From Methanothermus fervidus DSM 2088 (GTDB lineage Archaea; Methanobacteriota; Methanobacteria; DSM-2088; Methanothermaceae): a stretch of DNA of 32,000 bases. Numbering within the stretch: the stretch's first letter is position 1; every line of letters begins with the position of its first letter. The DNA is taken from the NCBI GenBank assembly GCA_000166095.1, contig CP002278.1, forward strand, positions 300,001-332,000. The letters run 5' to 3'. The notes beneath the pieces are model-generated. The model did no database searches, was not told where the DNA came from, and worked only from the letters and a program-made list of their open reading frames with translations. This document shows positions 1 through 9,798 of this stretch, piece by piece. The position numbers and the translations under genes are program-made.

Positions 1-575
1 ACAATGGAAACACCAAAAATTTTTATTAAATCACCAGGTATGAATGGTAAAATACCCATTGCAAGTATATTCCAAATTGTGGGTTGGATGCCCTTGCTCA
101 TTTGCCAAAATGCTAAACCAATTGCACCTGGTACATAAATAAGTACAAAGTTAGCTATCAACATTAATATCAATATATGCTTAAATTTTCTTGCAGAAAT
201 ATATCTGTCAATGAAATGACCTATAAATAATGATGCAAGGATAAATCCAATTAAGTATCCTCCTGTTGCACCTAATAATACTGTAATACCTCCTTTTGCA
301 CCTGCAAACCATGAAATACCTGCTGCTCCTAAAATTACATAAAATAGTTGGCTAATACCTCCCCAATATCTACCAAGAATAACTCCAGACAATAAAACAG
401 CGAAAGTTTGTCCGGTTATAGGTACAGGAGTCCAAGGTAATGGTATGACAATTTGTGCCATAATGCCAGTCATGGCTGCAACTGCCAGTGACATAATAGT
501 CTTAACTACAACGCCTTGCGATGTCCTCCATTTAAAAAAGTTGTAACGTATTTCATAATATTTTTCTAAGTTCAT
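1..575 (-). CDS. bioY: BioY-family biotin transporter S-component (partial; 3' end lies beyond the window start)
   Basis: Not in the supplied track because it runs off the edge. Read by hand: ATG at 575 preceded by AAGGAGGTGA. Translation MNLEKYYEIRYNFFKWRTSQGVVVKTIMSLAVAAMTGIMAQIVIPLPWTPVPITGQTFAVLLSGVILGRYWGG... is multi-TM and carries the BioY-like PVPITxQTFxVLLxG signature. Confidence 0.75.
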   Translation of the reverse strand, partial: MNLEKYYEIRYNFFKWRTSQGVVVKTIMSLAVAAMTGIMAQIVIPLPWTPVPITGQTFAVLLSGVILGRYWGGISQLFYVILGAAGISWFAGAKGGITVLLGATGGYLIGFILASLFIGHFIDRYISARKFKHILILMLIANFVLIYVPGAIGLAFWQMSKGIQPTIWNILAMGILPFIPGDLIKIFGVSI

Positions 576-602
576 TTAGCTCACCTCCTTTTAAAACTTA
601 AA

Positions 603-1802
603 CTAAGTAAATAAAAATTCACAAGCCTCTATAACATGTTTTTTGTCTTCTTCAGCAGCTTTTCTAATTTTGACAGTAATATCATGGAATAGCTTGTTAA
701 TTATAGATCTTGTTAAATCATTAAAAATTTTTTCGGGATTATTAGAAGTTTCCAACATTTTTAAAGCTTTTTTAACTTCTTTATTTCTTATCTTCTCTGC
801 CTTAATTCTAATTTTTGATATGATTTCTTCAACCTCTTTATGTTTTAACATTTTTTCAAGAGATATCATTTCTTCCTCTATAATTTTCTCCGCCTTTTCT
901 GCTTCTTTTTCTCTTTTTTTACGATTTTTTTCAGCTATAACTCTAAGGCTATCTATGTCAAATACATTAACTCCAAGATCTTTTACTCCTTCCTCTACAT
1001 CTCTAGGATTTGCTATATCGATTATTATTACAGACTTCCGCCTTTCAGGAGGAATTTTTTTAATTCGTTCCCGAGTTATTACAGGGTGTGGAGCTCCTGT
1101 AGCACTTATGATTATGTCCACATCTTTTATTACATCTTTTAATTTTTCAAAACGTATAGCACGTCCTCCTAATTCTTTTGCTAATTTTACAGCCCTATCA
1201 TATGTCCTATTAGCAACTAAAATTGCTTCAAGATTTTTATCTGCCAATGATTTAGCAACCAATGTACCCATTTCTCCAGCTCCAACAACTAAAACTTTTT
1301 TATTTTCCAAACTTCCACATATAGATTCTGCTAACTCAACTGCTGCAGATCCTATAGATACAGATCCCTCACTAATTTTTGTTTTTTTCCTTACTACTTG
1401 TCCAACATGGATCGCCTTATTGAATATTAATTCCAAAAGGTCACCACATGTTCCATTATTTTGTGCTTGTAATTTAGCATCCTTTATTTGTCCCAAAATT
1501 TGTGTTTCACCTATTATCATTGATTCTAGGCCAGACGCTAATTTTAATAAATGCAATATTGCTTTTTTATTTTTTTCAATGATTACATCCATATTTTTAA
1601 AGATATTTTCATCAAAGTTATCAGTCACAATATAATATTCCACGCGATTACAAGTTTTTATGCTGACACATTCTTTTATTTTACCTGCTTTCCATAAAGA
1701 TTTAATGATTTTTGCCATCCTTGGAGCAGATTCCTCCAATGTTTTTACATCTGCCATCTTGTGGTCAACTCTAATGTTGATGATCATTGAAATTTTCCTC
1801 AC
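603..1802 (-). CDS. hemA: glutamyl-tRNA reductase
   Basis: 399-aa ORF with TCNRVEYY catalytic-Cys motif and Rossmann VLVVGAGEMG. The track start at 1802 is GTG and overlaps the upstream stop by 4 nt. ATG at 1787 (MIINIRVDHK) is an equally plausible start. Confidence 0.9.
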   Translation of the reverse strand: MRKISMIINIRVDHKMADVKTLEESAPRMAKIIKSLWKAGKIKECVSIKTCNRVEYYIVTDNFDENIFKNMDVIIEKNKKAILHLLKLASGLESMIIGETQILGQIKDAKLQAQNNGTCGDLLELIFNKAIHVGQVVRKKTKISEGSVSIGSAAVELAESICGSLENKKVLVVGAGEMGTLVAKSLADKNLEAILVANRTYDRAVKLAKELGGRAIRFEKLKDVIKDVDIIISATGAPHPVITRERIKKIPPERRKSVIIIDIANPRDVEEGVKDLGVNVFDIDSLRVIAEKNRKKREKEAEKAEKIIEEEMISLEKMLKHKEVEEIISKIRIKAEKIRNKEVKKALKMLETSNNPEKIFNDLTRSIINKLFHDITVKIRKAAEEDKKHVIEACEFLFT

Positions 1803-2398
1803 CTCTGCAATAATTTATCAACATAATTTTTGGCTTTTTCTAAGTTTCCATCTTTTAGATATTCTTTGATTTTTTTGTCATTAAATAGTTTGTATAATAT
1901 TTTTTTCCTTTCTCTATGGTCATTGAATAAATTTTTAATTTTTTTTCGTGCATAATTTTGTAGTTCAACATTTAAAACATCTTCTTCATTGATACAGGAT
2001 TTTATTTTTTCTTTTAAATATTTAGCCATTAGTGGACTTTTACCCTTAGTAAAAATAGAAATTTGAATATCATTAATAGAAAAAACCGAAGGAATCGCTA
2101 TATTACCTTTAATTAAGTCATCTGCACGATTTACTAATTTATTTTTAGCAAGTTTAGTGGCTTTTTCATTTAAATATTTATCAGGAGTTGCTACAATTAC
2201 AATGTCTGCCCATTTTATCCATTTTTCCATTTCATGAAGTGGTTTAGTATTAAAATTTCTTAAAGATTTATTACTACCTAGAATAACTTCTGCTCCAGCT
2301 TTAATAAATTTTTTTGCTCTCCTTCTTGCAACTTCTCCGGAGCCAAGTACAAATATTTTTTTTCCAGTTACATTTAAAAAAATAGGTATCCAAGCCAT
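1799..2398 (-). CDS. sirC: precorrin-2 dehydrogenase / sirohydrochlorin ferrochelatase (siroheme synthase N-terminal type)
   Basis: 199 aa. N-terminal NAD fold KKIFVLGSGEVARRRAKKFIKAGAEVIL, typical of CysG-N/SirC/Met8. Directly coupled to hemA. Confidence 0.75.
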   Translation of the reverse strand: MAWIPIFLNVTGKKIFVLGSGEVARRRAKKFIKAGAEVILGSNKSLRNFNTKPLHEMEKWIKWADIVIVATPDKYLNEKATKLAKNKLVNRADDLIKGNIAIPSVFSINDIQISIFTKGKSPLMAKYLKEKIKSCINEEDVLNVELQNYARKKIKNLFNDHRERKKILYKLFNDKKIKEYLKDGNLEKAKNYVDKLLQR

Positions 2399-2404
2399 TT
2401 TTAT

Positions 2405-2881
2405 CTATTTATTTAAATTTTTAAGCCTTAAAAGCTTCATTGCGGTTCTAATATCATAATCACAATCTTCTAAAGTCGATTTTGCTTCTTCAACTGATAC
2501 ATTAAAAGCTTCTGCTAATGCCTTTATTGTATCTTCTTCACTATATTTCGCCTTATTAGTAAGTTTTTCTGCCAGTTTTTTCTTTAACTCCATGTATTCA
2601 TCTACATCCATGTTTATTTTCCTTAGAACATGGTCTCTGATTGGACAAGGTTTCGATGGTTTACAACACCATACTAATGATCCAAAACATGTTTCTTTAC
2701 CTGCCCCTAACCTAGTATTTTTTGCAAATTCTTTTTTGATTTTAACATATTCCTCTGGTGTTAATTTTGCTTTTTTAAGTGCATCATGGATTGGACATGG
2801 TTTTATTGGAGGGCAACAAAAAGCTAAACCTCTGATATCTCCTCCTCTACAAATATGTGATGGTGCATCTTCCCAACCCAT
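2405..2881 (-). CDS. small Cys-rich protein of unknown function: duplicated CC-x4-PCPI-x-D module plus C-terminal UBA/NAC-like helical domain
   Basis: 158 aa with GGAGGGT SD 5 nt upstream of the ATG. Internal duplication: CRGG..FCCPPIKPCPIHD..EEYVKIKKEF versus CFGS..WCCKPSKPCPIRD..DEYMELKKKL. The C-terminus EEDTIKALAEAFNVSVEEAKSTLEDCDYDIRTAMKLL resembles the UBA domain of archaeal NAC. It may be one of the methanogen-specific marker families, which I cannot verify. Confidence 0.6.
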   Translation of the reverse strand: MGWEDAPSHICRGGDIRGLAFCCPPIKPCPIHDALKKAKLTPEEYVKIKKEFAKNTRLGAGKETCFGSLVWCCKPSKPCPIRDHVLRKINMDVDEYMELKKKLAEKLTNKAKYSEEDTIKALAEAFNVSVEEAKSTLEDCDYDIRTAMKLLRLKNLNK

Positions 2882-2893
2882 GTTTACCCTCCA

Positions 2894-4489
2894 TCATCCT
2901 TCCACAGACATTTTCTTTTTTTCTTCTGGAGTTAATTCTTCTACAATGTCTTCAGGGTCGCCGATTTTCAATATTTTTCCACCTCTCATCAACGCTGCCC
3001 TGTCACAAACTTCTAAAACAAAATCCATATCGTGAGATACTATAATATATGTCTGATCAAGTTCTTCTCGTGATTTAAGAATTGAATCACTAACCTGTAT
3101 TCTCGTAATTGGATCCATTGTACCTGTAGGTTCATCTAGAATTACAATTTTAGGTTCTTTTATTAATACCTGAGCTAAAGCAACTCTGTGTCTTTCACCA
3201 CCACTTAACTCATCTGGCATTTTATGTAGCAATTCTTTTGCTTTTTTTTCATTAAACCCTACTGCTTTAAGTACATATACAGCTTTCATCCTAGCAAATT
3301 CTGCAGGTAACTCAAGATTTATAGCATCAGTTAAATTTTCTAGTATTGTTCTATGAGGATATAAGCTGAATTCTTGATGTAATATACCAATATAAGGAAT
3401 AACTCTTCCTCTTTTTGTGGGCCCCTTTTCTTTCATATTTATCCATTCGTCACCTAAACGGATACAAACATCGCCATCGCTAGGATCTGTTAATCCTGCT
3501 ATCATTCGAGACAATGTTGTTTTTCCTGCACCACTTAATCCAACTATTCCAAATATTTCTCCCTCATAAACATCGAAAGATACACCATCAACAGCTTTGA
3601 CCATACCTCTTTCAATTGAATAATAATGTTTTTTAAGATTTCTTACTTTAATTATTGGATTAACAAATTCAACACGTTTTCTTTCTTTTAATTCTGGGAC
3701 ATGTTCAAGGAATTTACCCACAACCGTCTCAGGATCTCCTTCTTCAACAACTTCACCTTCATCTAACCATACAACATAATCAGGCAATTCTTTCATAACT
3801 TCTGGCCAGTGAGAAGTCACAACCATCGTAATATTTTTTTCTTTAACACCTTTAACAAGTGCTGAATGTACTAAATCGGCAGTTCTTGGATCTAATGTAC
3901 CAGTTGGTTCATCAGCTAAAAATAACATTGGATTCTTAGCTAATTGTCTAGCAAGAACAACTCTTTGCTTTTCACCACCACTTAAGTCTCTTGCTATATG
4001 TGTTATCCTGTGTGTTAATTGTACCATCTCCAATAATTCTATAGCTTTTGGAACACTTTTTTCATATTCTAGCTCATCAATTGCTTTAATCACATTGTCA
4101 ATTACAGGTTCATCTTCATATAAAGCAAAAGTTCTTTGTAGCATTATTGCAGTTCTTTTTCTAATAGCTGCAAATAATTTTCTATCACAATTCCAAAAAT
4201 CTACTTTTTTAAATTTAAATTTTCCACCACATAGACAATCTTTACCTTTATATGAGGGCGGTTCTACACGCATACACTTAGGACATATCGCTATATTATA
4301 TATAACACTGCCTTCTGTTGGTTTATAATCTCTCATCCCTCTTAGCATGTTTATTAATACTGATTTACCGGCTCCACTTTTTCCTAATATTCCAACAACT
4401 TTTCCTTCATCTATTTTTAAATTTAAATTTTTTAAAGCATATTTTCCGTTAAATGCCTTACTAACATTTTTTAATTCTATGAAGTTCAT
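2894..4489 (-). CDS. atwA: methyl-coenzyme M reductase system component A2 (double ABC ATPase)
   Basis: 531 aa. Two ABC cassettes (GKSGAGKS / LSGGEKQR / LFLADEPT and GLSGAGKTT / LSGGERHR / VILDEPT). Cys-rich insertion CPKC...CLCGG in cassette 1, as in AtwA. Confidence 0.9.
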   Translation of the reverse strand: MNFIELKNVSKAFNGKYALKNLNLKIDEGKVVGILGKSGAGKSVLINMLRGMRDYKPTEGSVIYNIAICPKCMRVEPPSYKGKDCLCGGKFKFKKVDFWNCDRKLFAAIRKRTAIMLQRTFALYEDEPVIDNVIKAIDELEYEKSVPKAIELLEMVQLTHRITHIARDLSGGEKQRVVLARQLAKNPMLFLADEPTGTLDPRTADLVHSALVKGVKEKNITMVVTSHWPEVMKELPDYVVWLDEGEVVEEGDPETVVGKFLEHVPELKERKRVEFVNPIIKVRNLKKHYYSIERGMVKAVDGVSFDVYEGEIFGIVGLSGAGKTTLSRMIAGLTDPSDGDVCIRLGDEWINMKEKGPTKRGRVIPYIGILHQEFSLYPHRTILENLTDAINLELPAEFARMKAVYVLKAVGFNEKKAKELLHKMPDELSGGERHRVALAQVLIKEPKIVILDEPTGTMDPITRIQVSDSILKSREELDQTYIIVSHDMDFVLEVCDRAALMRGGKILKIGDPEDIVEELTPEEKKKMSVEG

Positions 4490-4529
4490 GAAAAATCACC
4501 TTCATGAAAAGTATTATGTTTAGGTATAG

Positions 4530-5255
4530 TTAAATTTTTTTCAGGTCGAAATCAATTTTTCCACCAAGAGCTGCACGTGCTATGGATATACCATCTGCAC
4601 CACTTTTCAACATATTTCTAGCTGATTTGATGTCTCTTATGGAGTTGTTACCAATTAAAAATGCATTTTTTATGGCACTGCTAACTTTTTTTACAGAATT
4701 TAAATCTGCACAATCAGCGCCTGGCTTCATAGCATCAAAATGTATATAATCACAACCTATATCATCAAGTAATGATGCTACCTCTCTTTCATCGACCCCT
4801 GGAACATTAGCTCTAAATTTAACAGAAACAGGTTTATGTGCTTTTTTTACAACCTCTGTAACATATTCTTCTAAAAAATCCAAATCATAAAGTAATGCCT
4901 GCCCACAACCCAATTCTATTATTTCTTTTTGTCTACAGTGGGCATTTATTTCTATTATGTCAATACTTTTAATTTTAGATATTTTGATTATTGGATCAGG
5001 AGTCACAGAACGCAAATTCACTGAAACTAATACATTACTATAGTATTTTTTAATTTTTTCAGATTCTTTTTTTATAATATGAGGTAATTTTTGGGGCTCG
5101 ATGTCAAATTCAGGCCTTCCTCTTTTAATCATTTTTTTTCCAGCAGTAGCAGTGAGATTATCAGCGTTATAGCCTCCTAAAGTAACCATATCAAATCCAT
5201 ATGGTATCAATTTTAAACAAAAATCAGCATTTGTTATTCCAGCCATTGGTGCCAA
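4530..5255 (-). CDS. archaeal NifR3/Dus-like TIM-barrel (probable flavin-dependent) protein
   Basis: 241 aa. N-terminal (L)APMAGITN motif as in dihydrouridine-synthase/NifR3 enzymes. Track start 5255 is TTG, 4 nt after the gch3 stop; ATG at 5246 is an alternative. Confidence 0.55.
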   Translation of the reverse strand: MAPMAGITNADFCLKLIPYGFDMVTLGGYNADNLTATAGKKMIKRGRPEFDIEPQKLPHIIKKESEKIKKYYSNVLVSVNLRSVTPDPIIKISKIKSIDIIEINAHCRQKEIIELGCGQALLYDLDFLEEYVTEVVKKAHKPVSVKFRANVPGVDEREVASLLDDIGCDYIHFDAMKPGADCADLNSVKKVSSAIKNAFLIGNNSIRDIKSARNMLKSGADGISIARAALGGKIDFDLKKI

Positions 5256-5259
5256 GACT

Positions 5260-6024
5260 TCAATTTATCATCTCCTTCTCTTCAATCATGTGGACTAGAC
5301 TGGATGTATTACCTTCTCTTATTGCTTCTAGTGCTAAATCTGCAAGATTTGCAGCCTTATATGCTGTAGATGCTTTTCCCACACCTGCTTTTAATTCTAT
5401 ATTTAGTTCTTCATCAACAATTTTTAAAATTTTTAATAAAGCATTTGTTTTCACACCATTACATAAGGACATAAAGTTATCTCCACCAATAAAGAATATA
5501 AGCGCCCCTTTTTTGAAAAGTTCATCCATTAATATTTGATATACTTTATTAACAAAGAGAAATGTGTCATATGCAGATACCGTATCTGTCAATTTTTTAG
5601 TTATACCATTAATGTCAATATGAGCTATCTGTACAAATCCATTTTCAGCTATACTATCTACAGCTAAAATTTCTTTACGTTTTGGAGATTGTGCACTACC
5701 ATATTTTTGAAGGGCCTTTGTGGCATTGTATTGTGCATCATATGGCGTGTTTCCAGCCCCTATTCCCATACTTATTGTGATTGGATATCTATTCCCTATA
5801 GATTTTTGAATGTGTTTATGGTCTTCAATAGATATATTATTGCTAATTGCAAGCATGTTATCAAAACGTGTAAAAAAAACTAATCCTCCTCTTGCGGCGA
5901 ATTGTTGCTCAAGATCTGCATACAATTCTGCTTGTAATATTTGTAAATCGGATTCTGCTTTTGGAGAAGGAGTCACTGTCCAAGGACCATAATTATCTAT
6001 CTGTATCAAAGTCATCTGTATCAT
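5260..6024 (-). CDS. gch3: GTP cyclohydrolase III
   Basis: [20 protein letters not shown]-terminus is characteristic of archaeal GCH III. I prefer ATG 6024 (GGTGG SD 5 nt upstream) over the track's GTG at 6033. Overlaps the cofD 3' end by 32 nt. Confidence 0.85.
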   Translation of the reverse strand: MIQMTLIQIDNYGPWTVTPSPKAESDLQILQAELYADLEQQFAARGGLVFFTRFDNMLAISNNISIEDHKHIQKSIGNRYPITISMGIGAGNTPYDAQYNATKALQKYGSAQSPKRKEILAVDSIAENGFVQIAHIDINGITKKLTDTVSAYDTFLFVNKVYQILMDELFKKGALIFFIGGDNFMSLCNGVKTNALLKILKIVDEELNIELKAGVGKASTAYKAANLADLALEAIREGNTSSLVHMIEEKEMIN

Positions 6025-6922
6025 ATATTCCACCTAACACTACTTTCGCCACTCTTACTTTGTCTTTAATATTTCTCATTAATATATTCGTCGTTTTAAC
6101 ATCTTTTATTATTTTTTCTACTTTTTTTAAATGAATATCTTTATTATCTAGTACAAATCTATCTAAAAAATCTTTATACATGAGACACACACCATAAGAT
6201 GTAGGTTCATATCCAATTGCCTTCATAAATTTAGCTGCAGGTCCACTAAAAGGTTTATTACCCAAAAATGGTGAAACTGCTGCAACATAAACTTTTTTTA
6301 ATGCTTTTTTTACACCTTTCATCGATATTATTGGTCCTATAGATGTAACCGGATTTGAGGGACCAATTACAACTATATCAGAATTTTCTATTGATTCTAT
6401 AACCTTAGGGGCAGGTTTAACATTTTTATAGGAAACATCAAGTACATTTGGTTTTGCATTTTTTTCTATTAAAAATTCGTGAAATTTCATCTCACCTTCA
6501 TCTGTTATTATCTTAATATTTGACTCTTGATTACTCATTGGTAAGACTTGTGCTTTAATACCAAGTATTTTTCTTTGTATGTCTACAGCCTTTGATAAGT
6601 CATATTTTTCCTTTAAAATTGTTTTTTGAATTTTAAAAGCTCTATCTTTATCTCCAATTTTAAGTAATTCTGGACAACCTAATTTTTTGAGATATTCATG
6701 AGTAACAAATGTGTCATCTCTTCTACCATACCATGTTTTTTCATTTACAATATCTGCAAGAGTATATAACACTGTATCTACATCTGGAGCAATGTACAAA
6801 CCTCTATAGTAAAAATTTTCAACTGTATTGACAATTATGGTTAAATCTTCTTCCTTTATTAATTTTTTTAATCCTTGGATTAACTTAGGCCCACCTGTTC
6901 CTCCAGATAATACTGTTATCAT
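5993..6922 (-). CDS. cofD: 2-phospho-L-lactate transferase (F420 biosynthesis)
   Basis: 309 aa. [19 protein letters not shown]-terminus typical of CofD. ATGA overlap with the cofE stop. Confidence 0.9.
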   Translation of the reverse strand: MITVLSGGTGGPKLIQGLKKLIKEEDLTIIVNTVENFYYRGLYIAPDVDTVLYTLADIVNEKTWYGRRDDTFVTHEYLKKLGCPELLKIGDKDRAFKIQKTILKEKYDLSKAVDIQRKILGIKAQVLPMSNQESNIKIITDEGEMKFHEFLIEKNAKPNVLDVSYKNVKPAPKVIESIENSDIVVIGPSNPVTSIGPIISMKGVKKALKKVYVAAVSPFLGNKPFSGPAAKFMKAIGYEPTSYGVCLMYKDFLDRFVLDNKDIHLKKVEKIIKDVKTTNILMRNIKDKVRVAKVVLGGIYDTDDFDTDR

Positions 6923-7674
6923 CTAAACACATCATATTCTTTTTTTCTTAATAAAAGTTTAGCGTTTCCATCGCCTTTAAGATGATCAAATTTATATCCA
7001 CGTACTATAACTACGGGTATTCCTTCATTTGCTTGCCCCATAACCATTGATGCTGCCGAAGCAATTTCATCTGCCACCGCAATTTTCGTTGTTTTTAATT
7101 TTCGGCCATAAAGATCTTTTTCACCCCTTCTGTCCCATAGTGGATTTATTCCTGCCACTCCAACTGCAACACCTATTCCTCCATCTCTAAATGGTCTCCC
7201 TTGTGTATCTGATATTATTACAGCTATATCTTTCCCAGTTTCTTTTTTTATTTTATTATAAATCGTTTTAGCACTTTTATCTGGATCTTTGGGAAGTGGT
7301 TTTGCAAAACCTTTTTTAACGTTGGACTCATCTACACCTGCATTTGCACATACAAAACCATGATGGGTTTCTGTAATTACAAAATCATGACCTATCTTTA
7401 CCAACTCTTCAGATTCTCTTAAAATAACTTCCACTAATTTAGGATCTTTATTTATCTTTCTTGCGAGTTTTTTAGCAAATTCACTACATTCAACTTTATT
7501 TAAATCTATTAAATTACCTTCTGCTTTAGACACAATTGTCTCAGCGACAACAATAATATCATTATTCTTTATTCCTACCTTTTCCTTTTCTGCACATTTT
7601 ATTATTAATTTACCTAAATCATCTCCTTTTTTAATCATTGGTAATTTAATACCTATTAGTTCAATTTTCTGCAT
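6919..7674 (-). CDS. cofE: F420-0:gamma-glutamyl ligase
   Basis: 251 aa. CofE-like [14 protein letters not shown] and [12 protein letters not shown] motifs. Adjacent to cofD. Confidence 0.9.
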   Translation of the reverse strand: MQKIELIGIKLPMIKKGDDLGKLIIKCAEKEKVGIKNNDIIVVAETIVSKAEGNLIDLNKVECSEFAKKLARKINKDPKLVEVILRESEELVKIGHDFVITETHHGFVCANAGVDESNVKKGFAKPLPKDPDKSAKTIYNKIKKETGKDIAVIISDTQGRPFRDGGIGVAVGVAGINPLWDRRGEKDLYGRKLKTTKIAVADEIASAASMVMGQANEGIPVVIVRGYKFDHLKGDGNAKLLLRKKEYDVFR

Positions 7675-8278
7675 TTAAGCACCTTGCATACATTTCCCAT
7701 TTTTCTTTTTTAAAAGCAGCTGCAGCAGTTACTGGATGTGTAAATTTCTTAAAAATACCTTTATTTAAAATAAAATCTACAGCTTCTTTAGCATTTTTTG
7801 CTTCAAATTTTACTTCTTTAGGTACATTATGCTTATACACTGCTATATAATATGATTTCATTGGTTTAATTTTTTCGATTCTTATGAAATCTTTTGTAAC
7901 AATTCCTATGTATCCTTTTTTATTATTTATTACACCTGCAATTCTTGGTGTATTATATTCATCTTTTTCATAATCAAAAACAAGAAGTGCTAAAGTCATT
8001 GCATCCTTCATGTTCATGCCTGATTCAATCTTTTCAGCTATAATATCTGTGTGTGATCCATTTGAAACAACTGCAACATCATCAACTATTCTTATACAAT
8101 TATAGGAAATATATGGATTTTTAAAAATTTCTTCTTCATGTCCTTCTTTAGGAACAATACTTATTTTATTTTTAAATATTTTTGCTACTCTATTTGGAAA
8201 GGATCTACTAGACACACGATATGCTACATAATATCCATTTTCATTGCTTCCAACAACTAAAAATCTTCCAACATACAA
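7661..8278 (-). CDS. purO: archaeal IMP cyclohydrolase
   Basis: 205 aa. MYVGRFLVVGSNENGYYVAYRVSSRSFPNR matches the PurO N-terminal signature. Its 3' end overlaps the cofE start by 14 nt. Confidence 0.85.
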   Translation of the reverse strand: MYVGRFLVVGSNENGYYVAYRVSSRSFPNRVAKIFKNKISIVPKEGHEEEIFKNPYISYNCIRIVDDVAVVSNGSHTDIIAEKIESGMNMKDAMTLALLVFDYEKDEYNTPRIAGVINNKKGYIGIVTKDFIRIEKIKPMKSYYIAVYKHNVPKEVKFEAKNAKEAVDFILNKGIFKKFTHPVTAAAAFKKEKWEMYARCLNAEN

Positions 8279-8331
8279 AAATACACACCTCCATTACTTA
8301 TTTATAATAATTAAAATTTAATATAAAAATC
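8279..8331. promoter_or_regulatory. divergent AT-rich promoter region (purO operon / ModE-like gene)
   Basis: 53-nt gap holding TATA-like TTATTTATAATAAT (8299-8312) and TTTAATATAAAAAT. There is no SD before ATG 8332, so the plus-strand gene may be leaderless. Positional inference only. Confidence 0.35.
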
Positions 8332-9021
8332 ATGATCAAGGGGATTTTGAGGTATCAATTACAAATTGAAGGTAAAGTTGTAACGATTGACGAAAGAAAA
8401 ATTAGATTACTCCGAGGTATTAAAAGATATGGTTCAATTAAAAAGGCATCGGAAAATTGTAGAATTCCATATAGGACAGCGTTAAAGTATATTAAATCTA
8501 TGGAAGATGAATTAGAGTCTAAGATAGTTATTACAAAAAGAGGTGGGCTTGGAGGAGGAGGGAAAACTAGATTAACAACTACTGGTGAGAGAATCTTACT
8601 TGAATATCAAAAATTGAATTATTTGATTAAAAAGCACAAACATGTAAATGAGTTGGAGGGTGTTGTAAAGAAGATAGATAAATCTAAGAGATTAATGATC
8701 ATTGGTGTCGATAACATTGAAATTGAAGTCCCTTTAGATCCTAAAGTAAAAGAGGGAGATGAAGTTATAGTTTTCATAGATCCTGAGGATATTTTTATAA
8801 CTTTAGATATACATAAATCAAGTGTTAGAAATATTATAAAAGCAAAAATAGTTGGTGTCAAAGTAAAAAATGGAATTGTAAGTTTAAAGTTGCTAGCTAA
8901 TAATCTACATTTCTTTGCAGATATAACTAAATATTCGTGGGATAAATTAAAGTTAGATTTAGAAGATGAGGTTTACATAGGATTTAAAGCTTTATCTACA
9001 GCTGTTATAAAGAAAATATAA
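8332..9021 (+). CDS. ModE-family molybdate/tungstate-responsive regulator (HTH + single TOBE/Mop domain)
   Basis: 229 aa. ModE N-terminal pattern RLLRGIKRYGSIKKASENCRIPYRTALKYIKSMEDEL...KRGGLGGGGKTRLTTTG. C-terminal TOBE-like SVRNIIKAKIVGVKVKNGIVSLKL...ADITKYSWDKLKL. Confidence 0.75.
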   Translation: MIKGILRYQLQIEGKVVTIDERKIRLLRGIKRYGSIKKASENCRIPYRTALKYIKSMEDELESKIVITKRGGLGGGGKTRLTTTGERILLEYQKLNYLIKKHKHVNELEGVVKKIDKSKRLMIIGVDNIEIEVPLDPKVKEGDEVIVFIDPEDIFITLDIHKSSVRNIIKAKIVGVKVKNGIVSLKLLANNLHFFADITKYSWDKLKLDLEDEVYIGFKALSTAVIKKI

Positions 9022-9033
9022 CGATTAAGTAGT

Positions 9034-9612
9034 TCAATCAAGTAATCCCTTAGTACTTTTAATCTTGTTATCCTCTAAAGTAAGTGCATCTGAAATTGCA
9101 ATTCCCAATGCTTTAAACAATGCTTCTGCTTTATGGTGATCATTTACACCCTCAACTTCACAATGTAAGGTGATTCCATAATTTTTTGCAAAACTATCTA
9201 AAAAATGAGGAATGTTTTCTGTTGAAACATCTCCAATTTTTTCTCTTTTAAAACTACCTTTTATTTTAAAAAATGCTCTTCCACTTATATCTACGGCAAC
9301 CATAGCTAATGAGTCGTCCATAGGTACAATAGCACTTGATATTCTTTTTATACCTTTCTTACTACCAGTACATTTTTTAAATGCTCTACCAAGTACGATT
9401 CCTATATCTTCAACTAAATGGTGATCATCAACATCTATGTCACCTTTAGAAGTTATTTCGATGTTAAAATTACCATATTTTGCAAATGTCTCTAATAAAT
9501 GATCAAGAAATCTTAAAGATGTATTTATTTTATATTTTCCATCGCCATCCAAATTTAATAATATTGATATTTTTGTTTCCAATGTTTCTCTCTCAATTTT
9601 ACATTTCCTCAT
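9034..9612 (-). CDS. hisB: imidazoleglycerol-phosphate dehydratase
   Basis: 192 aa. RETLETKISILLNLDG, FLDHLLETFAKYG and DVDDHHLVEDIGIVLG motifs. Confidence 0.9.
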   Translation of the reverse strand: MRKCKIERETLETKISILLNLDGDGKYKINTSLRFLDHLLETFAKYGNFNIEITSKGDIDVDDHHLVEDIGIVLGRAFKKCTGSKKGIKRISSAIVPMDDSLAMVAVDISGRAFFKIKGSFKREKIGDVSTENIPHFLDSFAKNYGITLHCEVEGVNDHHKAEALFKALGIAISDALTLEDNKIKSTKGLLD

Positions 9613-9618
9613 AGAAGA

Positions 9619-9798
9619 TCATCTTATTATTTTTATTGCTTGTGTGGGGCACCTGGTAGCACATATCATACATAGATGACAATATTCTAAATTTGTTGCT
9701 TTTGCTTTTTTATTAATTTTCCAAATTTTACCACCTTTTGGACATACCAGCCTACATACACCACAACTATTACATTTATCATTTACAATTATTTTCAT
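9619..9798 (-). CDS. small 2x[4Fe-4S] ferredoxin (59 aa; absent from the supplied ORF track)
   Basis: Hand translation: MKIIVNDKCNSCGVCRLVCPKGGKIWKINKKAKATNLEYCHLCMICATRCPTQAIKIIR*. Two CxxCxxCxxxCP motifs. ATG 9798 abuts the stop of the upstream gene (9799-9801). Its stop lies 6 nt before the hisB start. Confidence 0.7.
   Translation of the reverse strand: MKIIVNDKCNSCGVCRLVCPKGGKIWKINKKAKATNLEYCHLCMICATRCPTQAIKIIR

Noticed and set aside
643-1635. 330-aa plus-strand ORF antisense to hemA. Similar antisense ORFs occur at 1660-1869, 2592-3035, 4095-4328, 5201-5539 and 5689-6134.
   Set aside because: Low-complexity S/F/I/L-rich translations lie fully inside strongly supported genes on the other strand. 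These are shadow ORFs, typical of AT-rich genomes with few stop codons in the antisense frame.
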